From contig NC_086097.1 of NCBI RefSeq assembly GCF_963921235.1, positions 156,552,001-156,616,000 of the forward strand: 64,000 bases of DNA. Reading direction: 5' to 3'. The position numbers and the translations under genes were made by a program. Below the pieces are notes generated by a model, which was not told the DNA's origin, did not search any database, and saw only the letters and a list, made by a program, of their open reading frames with translations. How positions within the stretch are numbered: the stretch's first letter is position 1; every line of letters starts with the position of its first letter. The stretch is from Mobula hypostoma (lineage: Eukaryota). This document shows, piece after piece, positions 22,060-35,229 of the stretch.

Positions 22060-22430
22060 TTTATACCCACCAGAGAAGTGGCCTGATTGACATGTGTACA
22101 AAACTCATGGATCTTGACAGAATAGGTGCAGGGAAAATGTTACCTCTTGCAGGTAAATCTAGTTCCAAGGGTAAGTGTGGGATGCCCATGTAAGATAATG
22201 GTGTGGCAACATTTTCCTCTGAAGATTGAAGACCTTTGGAACTCTCTTCTTCAAAGGGCGCTGAGAGCAGAGCGATTGGATATTTTTTAAGGTAGAAGGA
22301 GATAAATTCTTGATAAACATGGACATGAAGGAATTCTGGAGATAGGTGATAAAGTGGAATTGAGGATACAATCAGATCATCCATGAAAAGCAGAAAAGGG
22401 TTTGAGGCTGACTTCTGTTCCTAGTCAATG
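22060..22430 (+). mobile_element. Old CR1 3' fragment
   Basis: Degenerate similarity to the CR1 3' ends in this window (CTTTGGAACTCTCT...TTTAAGGTAGAAGGAGATAAATTCTTG). Confidence 0.55.
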
Positions 22431-22815
22431 TTAGTATGCATGTCCAAAAAGGCCCAGCTTGCCCTTGCCAACCATCAATACAAATTTATGCTAAACTCTA
22501 TTACCAATACTTTTTGTATAGCTTTCTGTGCATTGATGATTCAGGTGTGTGTCTAGATATTAAACAACAATTTTTAAGTAATAAAGATTGTGCGTGCTAA
22601 TGAAATTCCATCTAAAGGTACACAGACCAAAATATTTTCATCTCAAGCCAAGATGTTCGAGGACAAGAATGATGTTTCTTGCCATCCATCTAATAATGTG
22701 GGAATTTGTGCACATATCTCTTCCCATAAAAGGAAGGGGGTATCCAGTTTGATGAATTATTGTCAGTTCACCACTATCTTTAATCATAGGAAATGTGATT
22801 GAAGTAAACTGATAA

Positions 22816-23761
22816 CACAGGACAGCAAATATTTTGGTTCCTGAATACTTCTGGGTGTATCCTATGGATTTTATGCTGTTGATTATGAAAAATCACCATG
22901 AAATTTCCCTTTCATGCACCATTTTTTGAAATCACCTATAATTGGTATTTCAATTCATCATCCAAGTCAACTAAAATGTTGCCCACAACGTAAGCTGAAA
23001 CTTTTTCTATTTTGCCCAGGCATGCCTGGGCATGCTTAGGCAGGGCAGATGCTGCATGGCAGCATAATTTTAGAAAGGTTATACATTTTCGTGAAGAATT
23101 TTGATACGTGACAGATGTTTCCCAAAATAACTGAAGGTAAGATTAAGGAAGGCATTTTTGTTGGTCCACAAATCAGACAGGTCATTAAAGAAAGGGAATT
23201 CAAAAACACTTCTGGTGGGACCAGAGAAAATCACATGGAAAGCATTAAAGGATGTTTTCAAAAATTTTCTTGGGAACCACAGATCACCAAACTAAACGCA
23301 GCTGGTTGACAACATGTTTCAAACATACAAAACCATGAAATGTCAGTAAAGATTCATTTTCTGCATTCTCATTTAGACTTCCTCCCTGCAAATCTTAGTG
23401 CTATCAGTGACAAGCATGGTGAAAGATTTCACCAGGACATTGCTGTCATGGAGAAATGGTATGAGGGCAACTGGAATCTATCAATGCAGGCTGATTATTG
23501 TTAGACACTTAAGCAAGAAACCTCAGACACTGAGTACAAATGAAAATCATCAGCAAACCATTTTTAGCTTAGTTAGCTATGGCAAAGCATCAGGACCATT
23601 GTGCAATTAAACACATTATATTCAATAAAAGCTGCTTTCTTATTATTCCAAATTCCTAAGTGATACAAGTATTCTGAAATTATATTTGTGTTCAGCTTCA
23701 AGCAGAAACTAAAACAAAAATCTGATGAAACAGCACTTTCGAAAAAGTTTGTTGTCCAGTG
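22816..23761 (+). mobile_element. Chapaev3-like (CMC superfamily) DNA transposon deletion derivative
   Basis: TIRs CACAGGACAGCAAA and TTTGTTGTCCAGTG; TAA/TGA flanks (TWA-type 3-bp TSD); transposase remnants FPKITEGKIKEGIFVGPQIR and KIHFLHSHLDFLPANLSAISDKHGERFHQD. Confidence 0.72.
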
Positions 23762-23769
23762 TGATCTGT

Positions 23770-24010
23770 TCCTGGATACAAGAGATTCTGCAGGTGCTGG
23801 AAATCCAGAGTAACACAAACAAAATGCTGCAGAGGTTCAGCAAATTAGGCCGCATCTAAGGAGAGGAATCAACAGTCAGTGTTTCAGGCTGAGATCCTTC
23901 ACCAGGACTTGAAAGGAAGGGGGAAGAAGCGTCAGCCAGAAATTTTGATTGCTAATTCCTCTCTTTAGATGCTGCCTGATCTGCTTCTGGATATTTTGTT
24001 TGGAAATTCC
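23770..24010. mobile_element. Penelope pseudo-LTR terminal remnants in inverted arrangement
   Basis: 23770-23930 is the reverse complement of the PLE end at about 43630-43770, followed by a plus-orientation TAGATGCTGCCTGA segment. Confidence 0.6.
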
Positions 24011-26642
24011 CAGGACCACATGATTCCAGATTTCATTGGAGCCACAGTCCAAATATGGCTTTGGTACTGGAAAGACTATGTTGCCCCTGTTGAATTTATG
24101 TGGAATCCAGTAAGGACCATAGGATTGCCATTTTGCTGGGGCAGAAGGATGAACAACTTTTGCATGGTTAAAAACTGAAAGCTGACTGATGTTAACAGCT
24201 TTGTCTGTGTTTAAGCCGAAGATCAATATTCTTTGCAGGGAAAACTATGGCTAGAAAAGAAACAAATAGTTAAAGGACCAACACCAATCAGATTACTTCT
24301 CTTGTGGATATAAACCCAGGTCAGTTTCTATGAAATCTTATTTGCAACTAAAAAATATTTCACTGTCCCTATATTGAGAGCTGGCCAATTAATCATTATA
24401 AACTAACAGTCTGATGAAATGAAATAAGCAACAAATCCAAATCCAATCAGTAAATGTTCTGCTGAATTTGAAAAAACTGTTGACTTTATATTGGTTCAAA
24501 GAGACTCACAAAATGCACTAATATGGAAAGACTCTTCCAATTCAGAGTCTAATCAGAAAATAACCTTGGCTGCCTTGAAATGATTTGATTTTTAAATAGT
24601 CATTGTCTCGATGCAATCACGGCCTGCCTGGAGATCTTTCCCTTCAGTCATTTTTATTTCATTATATGGGCATCACTGGCAAGGCCAGAATTATTACACA
24701 CCCATAATTGTTCTGAACAGATTGATCCTGTCAGAGCCTATTGATAGATCAAACACAAGGATGGGTCTACAGTCACACATAGACCGGATGGTAAGAATGC
24801 CAGGTTACTTCGAGACATAAAAGTTAGCAGATGCTGGAATCCAGAGCAACGAATCAGTACTTTAGTGGAGTAAGCAGAATTACAGAGGCATGAGAGTGAA
24901 GCTGGCCAAAATGATCGGAAGGCTACACTTGCAGGGATGATGGCAGAACGGTAATAGTTGGAGTTTCTGGGAGCAATTCTGAAGGCACAGGATAGATACA
25001 TCACAAAGAATAAGTATTCTAAAGGGAGGATAAGACAACTGTGGATGACAAGGGAAGTCAAAGAGGGCATAAAAGCAAAAGAGAGGGCATATAATATAAC
25101 AAAAATTTGTGGGAAGTTAGAGGATTGGGAAGCTTTAACAAACCTACAGAAGGCAACTAAAAAAGCTGTAAAGAGAGAAAAGGTGAAATATGAAGGCAAA
25201 CTAGCCAATAATATAAAGGATGATAAAAAAAAAACAAAATCTTTGTCAAATATATAAAGGGTAAAAGAGAGATGAGAGTGGATATTCAACTGTTGGAAAA
25301 TGATGCTGAAGAAACAGTAATGGTGCCAAAGAAACGGCGGACAAACTTCATAATTATTTGTGTCACTCTTCACTCTGGAAGACACTAGCCATATGTCAGA
25401 AATTCAGCTGTGGCGGGGGCAGAATTAAGTGTGTTTGCTATTAATAAGGAGAAAGTGCTCAGGAAACTGAAAGGTCTGAAGGTAGGTAAGTCACCAGAAA
25501 TAGATTGTGTTCACCCCACGTTTCTGAAAGAGGTGGCTGAAGAGATCATGGAGGCAATAGTAATGATCTTTCAAGAATCACTAGATTCTGGAATGTTTCT
25601 GGAGTACCATAGAATCGTGAGCAGTTTTGGGCTCCTATCTAAGAAAAGATTTGCTGGCATTGAAGAGGGTCCAGAAGATATTCACGACAATAATCCCATG
25701 AATGAAAGGTTAACTATGAGGAGTGTTTGATTGCTTTGAGGCTGTACTTGCAAGAGTTTAAAAGAATGAGGGAAGATCTAATTGAAGCTTATCGAATTTT
25801 GAAAGGCCGAGTACAGAATGGAGGTGGAGAGGATGTTTTCTGTAGTGGGCGGAATCAAAATTGAGGTACGTCCATTTATAACAGAGATGAGGAAAAATTT
25901 CTTTGGCCAGATAGTGGTGAATTTGTGGAATTCATTGCCACAGACAGCTGGGCAGGTTAAGTCAATAGGTATATTTAAAGTTGAAGTTGATAGATCCTTG
26001 ATTAATCAGGGCATCAAAGGTTACGGGGAGAAGACAGGATAATGGCATTGAGAGAGATAATAAATCAGCCATGATGGAATGGCAGAGTACACGCGAAGTG
26101 CTAAATGGCCTCATTCAGCTCCTATAGCTAATGTTTTTATGGTTTATGGACTGGAAAATTAAAACTGTCACTCTACTTTTTAAGATGGGAAGGAGGCAGA
26201 AGAAAGGAAATTATCGTCCAGTTAGCCTGACTTCAGTGGTTGGGAACATGTTGGAGTCCATTATTAAGAATAAGCTTTCAGGCTACTTGGAGGCACATGA
26301 TAAAATAGGCCAAAGTCAGCATGGTTTCCTTAAGGGGAAATCTTGCCTTAAAATCTGTTGGAATTCTTTGAGAAAATAACAGGTAGGATAGACAAAGGAG
26401 AGTCAATGGCTGTTGTATACCTGGACTTTCAGACAAGGTGCTGTACACAAGGCTGCTTAACTAGATAAGTGTCCATGGTATTGCAGAAAAAATTCTAGCG
26501 TGGACAGAAGATTGATTACCTGGTAGGAGGCAAAGAGTGGGAATAAAGGTGGCCTTTTCTGGTTGACTACCAACGACTAGTGGTCTTCTACAGGGGTTGA
26601 TGTAGGGACCGCTGCTTTTTTACATTATATGTCAATGATTTG

Positions 26643-27062
26643 TCATAGTCATAGTCATAGTCATACTTTATTGATCCCAGGGGAAATTGGTTTTCGTTAC
26701 AGTTGCACCATAAATAATAAATAGTAATAAGACCATAAATAGTTAAATAGTAATATGTAAATTATGCCAGGAAATAAGTCCAGAACCAGCCTATTGGCTC
26801 AGGGTGTCTGACCCTCCAAGGGAGGAGTTGTAAAGTTTGATGGCCACAGGCAGGAATGACTTCCTATGACGCTCTGTGCTGCATCTCGGTGGAATGAATC
26901 TCTAGCTGAATGTACTTCTGTGCCCACCCAGTACATTATGTAGTGGATAGGAGACATTGTCCAAGATGGCATGCAACTTAGACAGCATCCTCTTTTCAGA
27001 CACCACCGTCAGGGAGTCCAGTTCCATCCCCACAACATCACTGGCCTTACGAATGAGTTCGT
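26643..27062 (-). mobile_element. Rex/Babar 3' end with (ATGACT)n tail
   Basis: 7-bp TSD TGATTTG at 26636-26642 and 27063-27069; LIRKASDVVGMELDSLTVVSEKR as in 4790-5322. Confidence 0.9.
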
Positions 27063-27474
27063 TGATTTGGATGACGAAATTGATTGCTTTGTGGCCAATT
27101 TTGTGGACAATATGAAGATAGGTGGAGGAAGCAGGGAGTCTGCAGAAGGACTTAGACCTTTTGCGAAAATGGGCAAAGAAGTGGCAGATGGAATATAGTG
27201 TGGGGAAGTGTATGGTCATGCATTTTGGTAGAAGGAATAAAGGTATAGATTATTTTCTAAATGGGAAGAAAATTTAAAAATCTGAGGTGTAAAGGGACTT
27301 GGGAGTACTTGTGCAGGATTCCCTAAAAGCTAACTTGCAGGTTGAGTCAGAACGAAGGAAGGCAAATGCAATATTAGCATTCATTTTGAGAGGATTAGAT
27401 TATAAGAGCAAAGATGAGATTCTGAGCGTTTATAAGACATTCGTCAGACCATACATGGAATATTGTGAACTGTT

Positions 27475-28570
27475 ACCTAGTTCATATTTTTTTTAGATAT
27501 CTGCAGATTAGAAGTTTTTTGAATGGTGTTTTACCTAACTTTCCAATATTTCACCCAACTAATATTACAGAAAAATTTTTAGGTTTAAATCCCTATCAGA
27601 AGCACTTAATAGCAGTTTTGTATGATTTAATTATGAAAATACATCTAGGTACATCTGATAAAATAAAAAAATGAATGGGAAAGAGAACTTCAGGTATCTT
27701 TACCTATAGAGAAATGGAAGAAAATTCTTCAACTAGTTAGTACTTCTTCAATATGTGCTAGACATACACTGATCAAATTTTAAATGGTCCATAGGGCTCA
27801 TATGTCTGAGGATAAATTAGCTTGTTTTTACTGAAATATAAACCCTGTGTGTGACAGATGTAATTCTGAGGTGGCCTCTCTGACACATATGTTTTGGTCT
27901 TGCCCTCTTTTAGATAAATATTGGAAAGGTATTTTTGATATTACTTCAACAGTTTTGCATATTAATTTAAAACCTCACCCTATTACTGCAATTTTCAGAT
28001 TACCAGTGACAGACGATGGTCACTTATCCTTTTCAGCTTGCTGTTTGATTGCACTTGTTACACTAATAACTAAAAGATCCATTTTACTTAAATGGAAAGA
28101 TTCTGATCCTCCTATTACTTCTCAATGGTTTTCTCAAACTATATTATGTTTAAACCTGGAAAAAATTAGGTGTGGTATGGTTGATTCTTCAGTTAAATTG
28201 AAGAAACCTGGAGACCGTTTATTCAACATTTTCATATGATGTAAGCTGTCCCTTTCAGAACCCTTTTATTTTTTTAATAATCTTTTGTTTATCTTTGGAG
28301 GAGCGGAGTTAATGACAAATAACGTTCTTATCCGAAGGAATAGGACATCCCAGTTTTGTTTTGTTTGTTTTTTTTAGCTTAGGGGGTTCTTTATAAAATT
28401 CTTTTTTCATGTTCAACTACTTAGAGATTGGAAGGCTTGAATTATATATTTTACTCAAATTATGCTTGTATATATTAACCATTATCAATGTTATACTGAT
28501 CTCTTTGTATCATTAATATTGTTATGTATATTAATCTGAAACTTAATGAAAAGATTGAAAAAGGAAAAAA
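27475..28570 (+). mobile_element. L1 3' fragment of a second L1 family
   Basis: 14-bp TSD TATTGTGAACTGTT at 27461-27474 and 28572-28585; CDRCNSEVASLTHMFWSC knuckle; A-rich tail. Confidence 0.9.
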
Positions 28571-30774
28571 GTATTGTGAACTGTTCTGAAAAATGAAAAA
28601 TGAGGTTCAAAAGAATGATTCTGGGTATGACAGGGTTAACATATGAGAATTGTTTGATGGCCCTGGGTATGAATTCGCAGGAGTTTAGAAGAATGATGGG
28701 GGGGATCTCTTTGAAACCTACTGAATATTGAAAGGCCTAGTAGGTGAATCTAGGATCAGAAAGCATAGAGTCAGAATAGAGGGATGTCCATTCAGAACAT
28801 GTCCATTTTGTGATGAAGAGGTATTTCTTTTGCCAAAGGCTGGTGAATCTGTGGAATTCATTGTCACAGATGGTTACAGAGACCAAGTCAAGAAGTATAT
28901 TTCAGGCAAAGGTTGATAGATCTTTGATTAGTCAGGGCATCAAAGGTTATGGGGAGAAGGCAGAAGAATGGAATTGAGAGAGATAATAAATGAGCCATAA
29001 TGGGATGTCAAAGCAGACTCAGAAGGTTGAATAACCTAAATCTGCTCTAAGTCTTATGGTCTAAATTAATAAGTACACAAACAGTATGAACCTTTCTGTA
29101 GTTTAATGCATGTTAATCTTGGGATAGTACTTTCTTCTGTAGTGTATTTTGGGTGAATTTGTCCTTTTTATTTATAATCTCTTGTTGGGACTAAATCTAC
29201 TCTAAAAATACAAATGACTTTCCATTGCAAGTGTTCAATGATCAGCAACATAAGCATAATCATCATTTTTGTATTACTTAATTAGATCTATTCCATTATC
29301 TCTAATTAATTTCCTTATAAGGAGTAAATTTAGGTTTTAATTATGAATGGATGGTAATCTTGTTTCATTAAATCGGATGGTAAGTTACATGAGATATTGC
29401 AGTTGCTTCTTAGGATAGAGGAACTTACAAGTTAATAAGTTTTTTTGCTGAAAAGAAATTACTCCACTGAGGAAACAAAAATTCTGCGTAATTTTTTGTT
29501 CAATTAAGAATTTGTGAGAATGAGTATAACATTCACGTAGAGTGTCCCAATGTACCAACGCCAGCACATTTTCTCATGGCTGAATACAAGGATGATATCA
29601 AGACACTTACTTAATTAGTTTTGGGCTTGTGTGTATCTACTGCATGTTTGATGTTCTAATCAGAGATTCACTAAGTGATACAGAGCCAATGACGTGATCA
29701 GTGATGCATTGCTTGTGGGAAGGCTTGATGCTGGCCAAGGGTGGAAAGTACTCTACAATCAGGATGATGGTGGAAAGCCTCCTTGCCAGATAAAACGATG
29801 ACATTTGATCACCAAAAAAGTAATAATGTTTCTATCTTGAGGGCCATCTCCTTACTGGGTGGAATACTATGTTGAAATAATATCTTTATGTATTTGGTTT
29901 GTTATGTCTTAATTTAGTTTATGTTAGACAATGCGATTATGTCTGGAAAAAAAAGTAATTGTATCCCTTTAGTATAGAAATATATATATCAAGCCCAAGA
30001 AGCCTGGATATTTTGGACTGAATAAATTGATATTGAAAGGAACTTATGAAGCAGCAGCAGAAGTAGACTAGCTAAATCCAATCCACCATTTAATAACGTA
30101 ATATCTAATCTAATCTTGACCTCATCTTCATTCTGGCATGTGTCCTATAATCCTTGATTCCAAACTAACTGAAAATTCTCACTCATCATTTAATAATTTT
30201 ATACCTACATTCAAATGAAAGAAGAATTCCAAAAACAAGTGAAATTTGAGAGAAGCTCTTCCTTATTTAATTTTAAATGTGTGTTTTGTTATTTGGAAAC
30301 TAAGCCCTTTAATTCTTGCTTCCCACACAAACAGAAACATTGTTATAGATTCGAACTTGTCAAGCCCAATATGAATTTACTGTTTTAATAATAACACTTC
30401 TCAAGTAGTCTAGAAACCCACCACATTTATTCCTCACTAAAAAAATTCTTCATCCCAGTGATTCTTACTTATGTAAAGATTTTCTGTAGAAAACTATTAG
30501 TATATACTTAAAGACTTATGTGAGATCTATTGTATGAAAATGTTAATAACATAATCATGTATAGCTAAAGTAGAGTATTTTATCGGGGATATTTTATACC
30601 CAATATATTGATCTTGTCCCAGTTCTGCTCTTCTGTTGAGATCAGATGTGGGTGATATCCTCTTTTGCCAAGTTTCAGAGTTCAAACTTAACCCATCCAG
30701 TTAGGTTAAACCTATTCAAAATTCACAAGCAGCATGACCCAGAATTCACTGACTCCTTTGGAGGTTTATTAAGA

Positions 30775-32100
30775 CTGATAAGCATGTAATGCTGAGGCTT
30801 TATAAAGCATTGGTCAGACCAATATGGTTGTGGGGCCCGCTCTGAGGGGCTCTTGATCAGCCTTTTTGATATCCCAAGGACACGACCCAGAAGACGAGCA
30901 CATCTTCAGGGTTCTGAGGCTTTGGGGCCCTGGGGATAGGCTGATTTTAAGTTGTTGCAGCCAACTGAGGCATCGTGGGAGAAAACAGAACATCAGGAAC
31001 AGCAGATTAGCTATCCGGAGGTCTGTATCCAGTGAGTTGTACTTTCTCTCTCCCATCAGTGAGGAAATAATTGTTTCTGATTTGCGAGTCACAGAACTTG
31101 GAAAAAAAAAGCAAGACAACAGTCTTTTAACACCATAAATCAGCAAGTGGTTTTGTTATGTCTCCCCTCCCACTGTTCAAGGGGACACCATTTTTCTCTA
31201 TATTAGGGAGAGAGAGAGCCAGTGATATGTCCAATTGTTGGGTGAACAGTTAGTTTTTGTTGTACTGCAGCTCATGGTCTTTAATGGGGACTTTGCTATT
31301 GCATGCTCAGGGGGTGGAGGGGGCTGCTGCTGTTTTGTGTAAATGGGTCAGGGTGGAGCAGGGTTGTTGATTTGCTGCTGCTTGTGCATAGGGGGAAGTA
31401 GGGGGCTTTGGGATTCTAACGTTTTTATAGTCAATCATTCTTTGGGGCATTCTTTTGTTTTCATGAATGTCTATAAAGAAAAAAGAATTACATTATGTAT
31501 ATTGTATACATTTCTCTGATATGAAATGGAACTATTGAACTATTAAATTATTGAACCATACTTGGAGTCTTGTGAGCAGTTTTGGGCCCCTATCCTAAAA
31601 AGGATGCGTTGAGATTGGAGAGAATCCAGAGAAGGTTCATAAGAACGATCCCAGAAATGGCAGGGTTAATGTATGAAGAGCATTTAATGGCTCTGGGCCT
31701 GTACTCATTGGAATTTAGAAGAATGAGGTGGGGGGCAGGTGGTTATTGAAAGGTCCTGATTGAATGGAGTGTGGAGAGGATGATTCCTAGAGTGGAAGAG
31801 TCTAGGACCAGATAGCACAGACTCAGAATAGAAGGACATCCTTTTAGAACAAAGATGAGGAGGAATTTCTTTAACCAACGGGTGATAGTCTATGGAATTC
31901 ATTGCCACAGGTGGCTGTGGAGGCTACGTTATTGGGTATATTTAAAGCAGAAATTGATAGGTTCTTAATTAGTAAAGGTGGCAAAGGTTACTGAGTGAAG
32001 TAGGAGAATAGGGTGAGAGGAATAATCAGTCATTATGGAATGGCATAGCAGAGAGATGGGCCAAATGGCTTAATTCTGCTCCTATGTCTTATGGTCTTAT
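30775..32100 (+). mobile_element. CR1 3' fragment interrupted by a non-coding retroelement
   Basis: ATGCTGAGGCTTTATAAAGCATTGGTCAGACC resumes as CATACTTGGAG at about 31557; TCTTATGGTCTTAT tail near 32087-32100. Confidence 0.8.
30821..31556 (+). mobile_element. Non-coding retroelement (SINE-like or non-autonomous LINE) with (ATTGAACT)n-like tail
   Basis: Interrupts the CR1; 3' GTATATTGTATACAT...ACTATTGAACTATT resembles Rex-type 3' ends; no recognisable ORF. Confidence 0.6.
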
Positions 32101-32509
32101 AGAAGTATAAAGACTGTGACTAATACTGTATAAAAAAGGATGTTTAACAAAAGGACATTATGGAATTATAGAATACCACAAAATGTTATGTTATTATATA
32201 ATCACTAAGTTCTAATAAATTTACATTGCTTTAACCTCTAAACATAACTCATTCTAGCGATCATTAGAAGGAGGTTTTCTTCCCTACTTCTGTAGGTGAA
32301 CACCCATGTCTGCAGTTTCCTTTCAAAATTCTCTTTCACCTTAAATATTATTCACACTAGTTGATTTATTAAAATACAACTCAGTCTGGTGATCACTCAA
32401 AGTACTCTATCTGCATAACTAATGGGCATCAGTCTTCAATCTTCAAGCTGTGAATCTTTACTCCTCCTCCTTAGTACAAAAGTCATACCTATGGCAACTT
32501 GATTGACAC

Positions 32510-32982
32510 AACCGCCCTTTAATCATCACCAGGGACCCCCATCATTCAGGTCATGCCATCTTCTCGCTACTGCTCTCAGGAAGAAAGTACAGGTGCCTCG
32601 GGTCTCACACCACCAGGTTCAGGAACAGTTATTCCCTCTCAGCTATCGGGCTCCTGATCCAAAAAGGATAACTGCACTTGCCCCATCATTGATATGTTCC
32701 CACAGCCTCTGGACTCACTTTAAAGGACACTTCATTTCATGTTTTTCATATTTATTCCTTATTTATTTATAATTATTATTTCTTTCTTTTTGTATTTGCA
32801 CAGTTTGTTCTCTTTTGCACACTGGTTGAATGCCCGCGTTGGTGCAGTCTTTTATGAAACTGTTATGTTTATTATTCTAATATGGAGTTATTGAGTATGC
32901 CCAGAAGAAAATGAATCTTGAGGATGTATAGGGTGATATATATGCACTTTGATAATATATTTACATTGAACTTTGAACTTTA
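32510..32982 (+). mobile_element. Rex/Babar 3' end with (ACTTTGA)n tail
   Basis: CACCACCAGGTTCAGGAACAGTTATT ORF end and TTGAACTTTGAACTTT tail; homologous to 41558-41786 and 53995-54388. Confidence 0.8.
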
Positions 32983-33121
32983 TTTGTACTATATTTATCC
33001 TGTTGGTCCACAAGCTACTGATATCAAAATAGCCATTATTTAATATATGATTACTAGCCCGACAAGAATATTCTGTAAAGGAAAAATCTGAAATCCACAT
33101 TCTGAAATTTGGGTAACTGTT

Positions 33122-33915
33122 TAAACATTCAAACTCATTTATTTATCACATGTACTTTGAAACATACAGTGAAATGTATTGTTTGTGTTAGCAACCAACA
33201 CAACCTAAGGAGGTGCTGGGGCCAGCCTGCAAGTGTCACCACACCTCCGCTGACATCGAATGCCCACAACAGCAGCAGCAAAATGAAGCAATAACAGCAA
33301 AACAAACCCCTTTCCTCCACCCACCCACTCACTCACACATTAAGACAGGCCTCCAACACCAGGACAAGCTGCCTCTGAGGCCCCAGCCTCCACAGACTTG
33401 CAGATATCGGGCCTATACTTCCAGCCATTCCAACTCAAGGGCTTTGACCAATGGGCTTCATCCTCCAGTATCAAGCCCAGGACCACTGACCACATGTGGT
33501 CCTCTGATCCCGGGATTTGATGACCTGAGGGTCATTGGCCCTCATGCTTCCTGCACACATGGACCAGTGACCGTAGGACACGTCATCCTGGGTGGTCACC
33601 AGACTTTGTCCGCAGGGCCTACTGAATGCAGTTATTGACTTTGAGTATCACTAGTTTTGGTCTTCAACACCAGCTGACCCAACAGGGATCACTGGTTTTC
33701 AACCGTGGAACACTTTGACCTGGACTCTGACCACTGGCTTCTGCCTTCACTCTACATTAACTATCTTGACTCCTAACTGCCTCTCATCCCTGTCTCTAAA
33801 CCCTAAATTGACCCCTAACTCCCTGTGCTGTGCCAAAACTATCCCTATGAGCCTAAAAGCAACAATGTTTTAAAGATAACTTCAACGAACATTACAGCTT
33901 GACACCATCCTGACC
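33122..33915 (-). mobile_element. Non-coding retroelement (SINE-like)
   Basis: Minus-strand 3' end ATGTGATAAATAAA...TTTGAATG and 5' end CAGGATGGTGTC; no recognisable ORF. Confidence 0.5.
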
Positions 33916-34157
33916 AGAGAAATAAGATTTTGCCCTTTTAGGACAGAGATGAACTCTTAATTTCAGAGATCAACGAGTCTTTGGAACTCTCTCCATTAAG
34001 TGTGGCAAAAAAGTGTCTTTAACTATTTCAAAACAGAGCTAGATAGGTTCTTGATAACCAAAGAATTTACATTTAAAGGTTATAGGGGACAGGTGAAAAT
34101 GCAGGGTAGATATTACAGTTATATCGATCATGGTCTTATTGACTATTAGAACAGACT

Positions 34158-34560
34158 TCAGAATTAGAATCAGAATCAGTATTGTTGTTACTGATGTATG
34201 CCATGAAATTTGTTGTTTTGTGGCAGCTGTAAACTGCAATACTTAAAAATTATTACACATTACAATGAGAGTATATAAAATAAATACATAGTGCAAAAAA
34301 GAGCAAAATAGTGAAGTAGTGTCTGTAGGTTCATATTCAGAAATCTGACAGCAGAGTGGAAGAACTTGTTCCTATAACACTGAGTGTACTTCTTCAGGCT
34401 CTTGTTCCTCTTCTCTGAGGGTGGTAAAGAGAAGAAAGCATGTCTTGAATGGAGTGGGTCCTTCATGATGGATGTCACCTTCTTGAGTCACTGCCTCCTG
34501 ATGATGTCCTCGATGGTGGGGAGGCTTTGTGCCCATGATGCTGGCTCAGTCTAGGCTTGA
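34158..34560 (-). mobile_element. Rex/Babar 3' end with (ATTCTG)n tail
   Basis: SIMKDPLHSRHAFFSLPPSEKRNKSLK...FFHSAVRFLN; CAGAATCAGAATCAG tail. Confidence 0.8.
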
Positions 34561-35145
34561 CTGGCCTGACCCTACTCCTAATTCACGTGTTCTTTTGGAT
34601 AGTCTGTTTAAGCTATTTATTAAAGTCTTGTATAATTTTCATGGAATGCTGTTTGGTCAATTGGCTTACCATGGGTTAAAAACCCCATTTCCTGGTAATA
34701 TGACAACATATTCTACATGTCAGCTACCACCAAGAGAAGTGGATTGTCATGCATTAGAATGATACTGCTTAGTAAGTCAATGTGATCTGTTCTCCAGGGT
34801 CTACTTATGACCTTATGACCTTACCAAAATGAGAGCTTCAAGAATATGCTTAAAACATTGAGGGATGAAAATGTATCTCACAGGGGAGAAAGATTTAACA
34901 ATTCCCTTAGGCAGCATAATTCTATCTTAAAAATGATTAAATTCAGCTTTCTATTCTCCTTAGAGCCTAAAATATCTAGTCTATACTTGTAACTAGATAA
35001 GAACCCAATCAGTTTCTTTTAAGAATTTCATCTAGGTAATTTAAATTTTCCACTTCCAATAGATGGTGAGAATTTTGTCATTCTCTGGTGTAAGGCTTTG
35101 AGGTTATAGGTGTAAGTAATTATTTCTTCCATTATCTCTCAATAG

Positions 35146-35229
35146 CCGAGAAAACTCTCATTGAGAGTAAGCCAAGGGTAACTTTCCTCCTGGCTCCAGG
35201 AATTGAAATTGCGCAGAACAAAACTGAAA
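35146..35229 (+). CDS. Candidate 84-bp internal coding exon of an unidentified host gene
   Basis: Pyrimidine tract plus TAG acceptor, GTAAGT donor, symmetric phase 1-1, one open frame (EKTLIESKPRVTFLLAPGIEIAQNKTE), TE-free context; protein not recognised. Confidence 0.3.

Larger units (their letters stand above)
24855..29065 (+). mobile_element. CR1 LINE, degraded, hosting a CR1 3' fragment (about 25604-26147), a Rex 3' end and an L1 3' end
   Basis: WMTREVKEGIKAKERAY, KSPEIDCVHPTFLKEVA, GNYRPVSLTSVVG and GQSQHGF motifs; TCTTATGGTC tail near 29052-29062. Confidence 0.85.
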
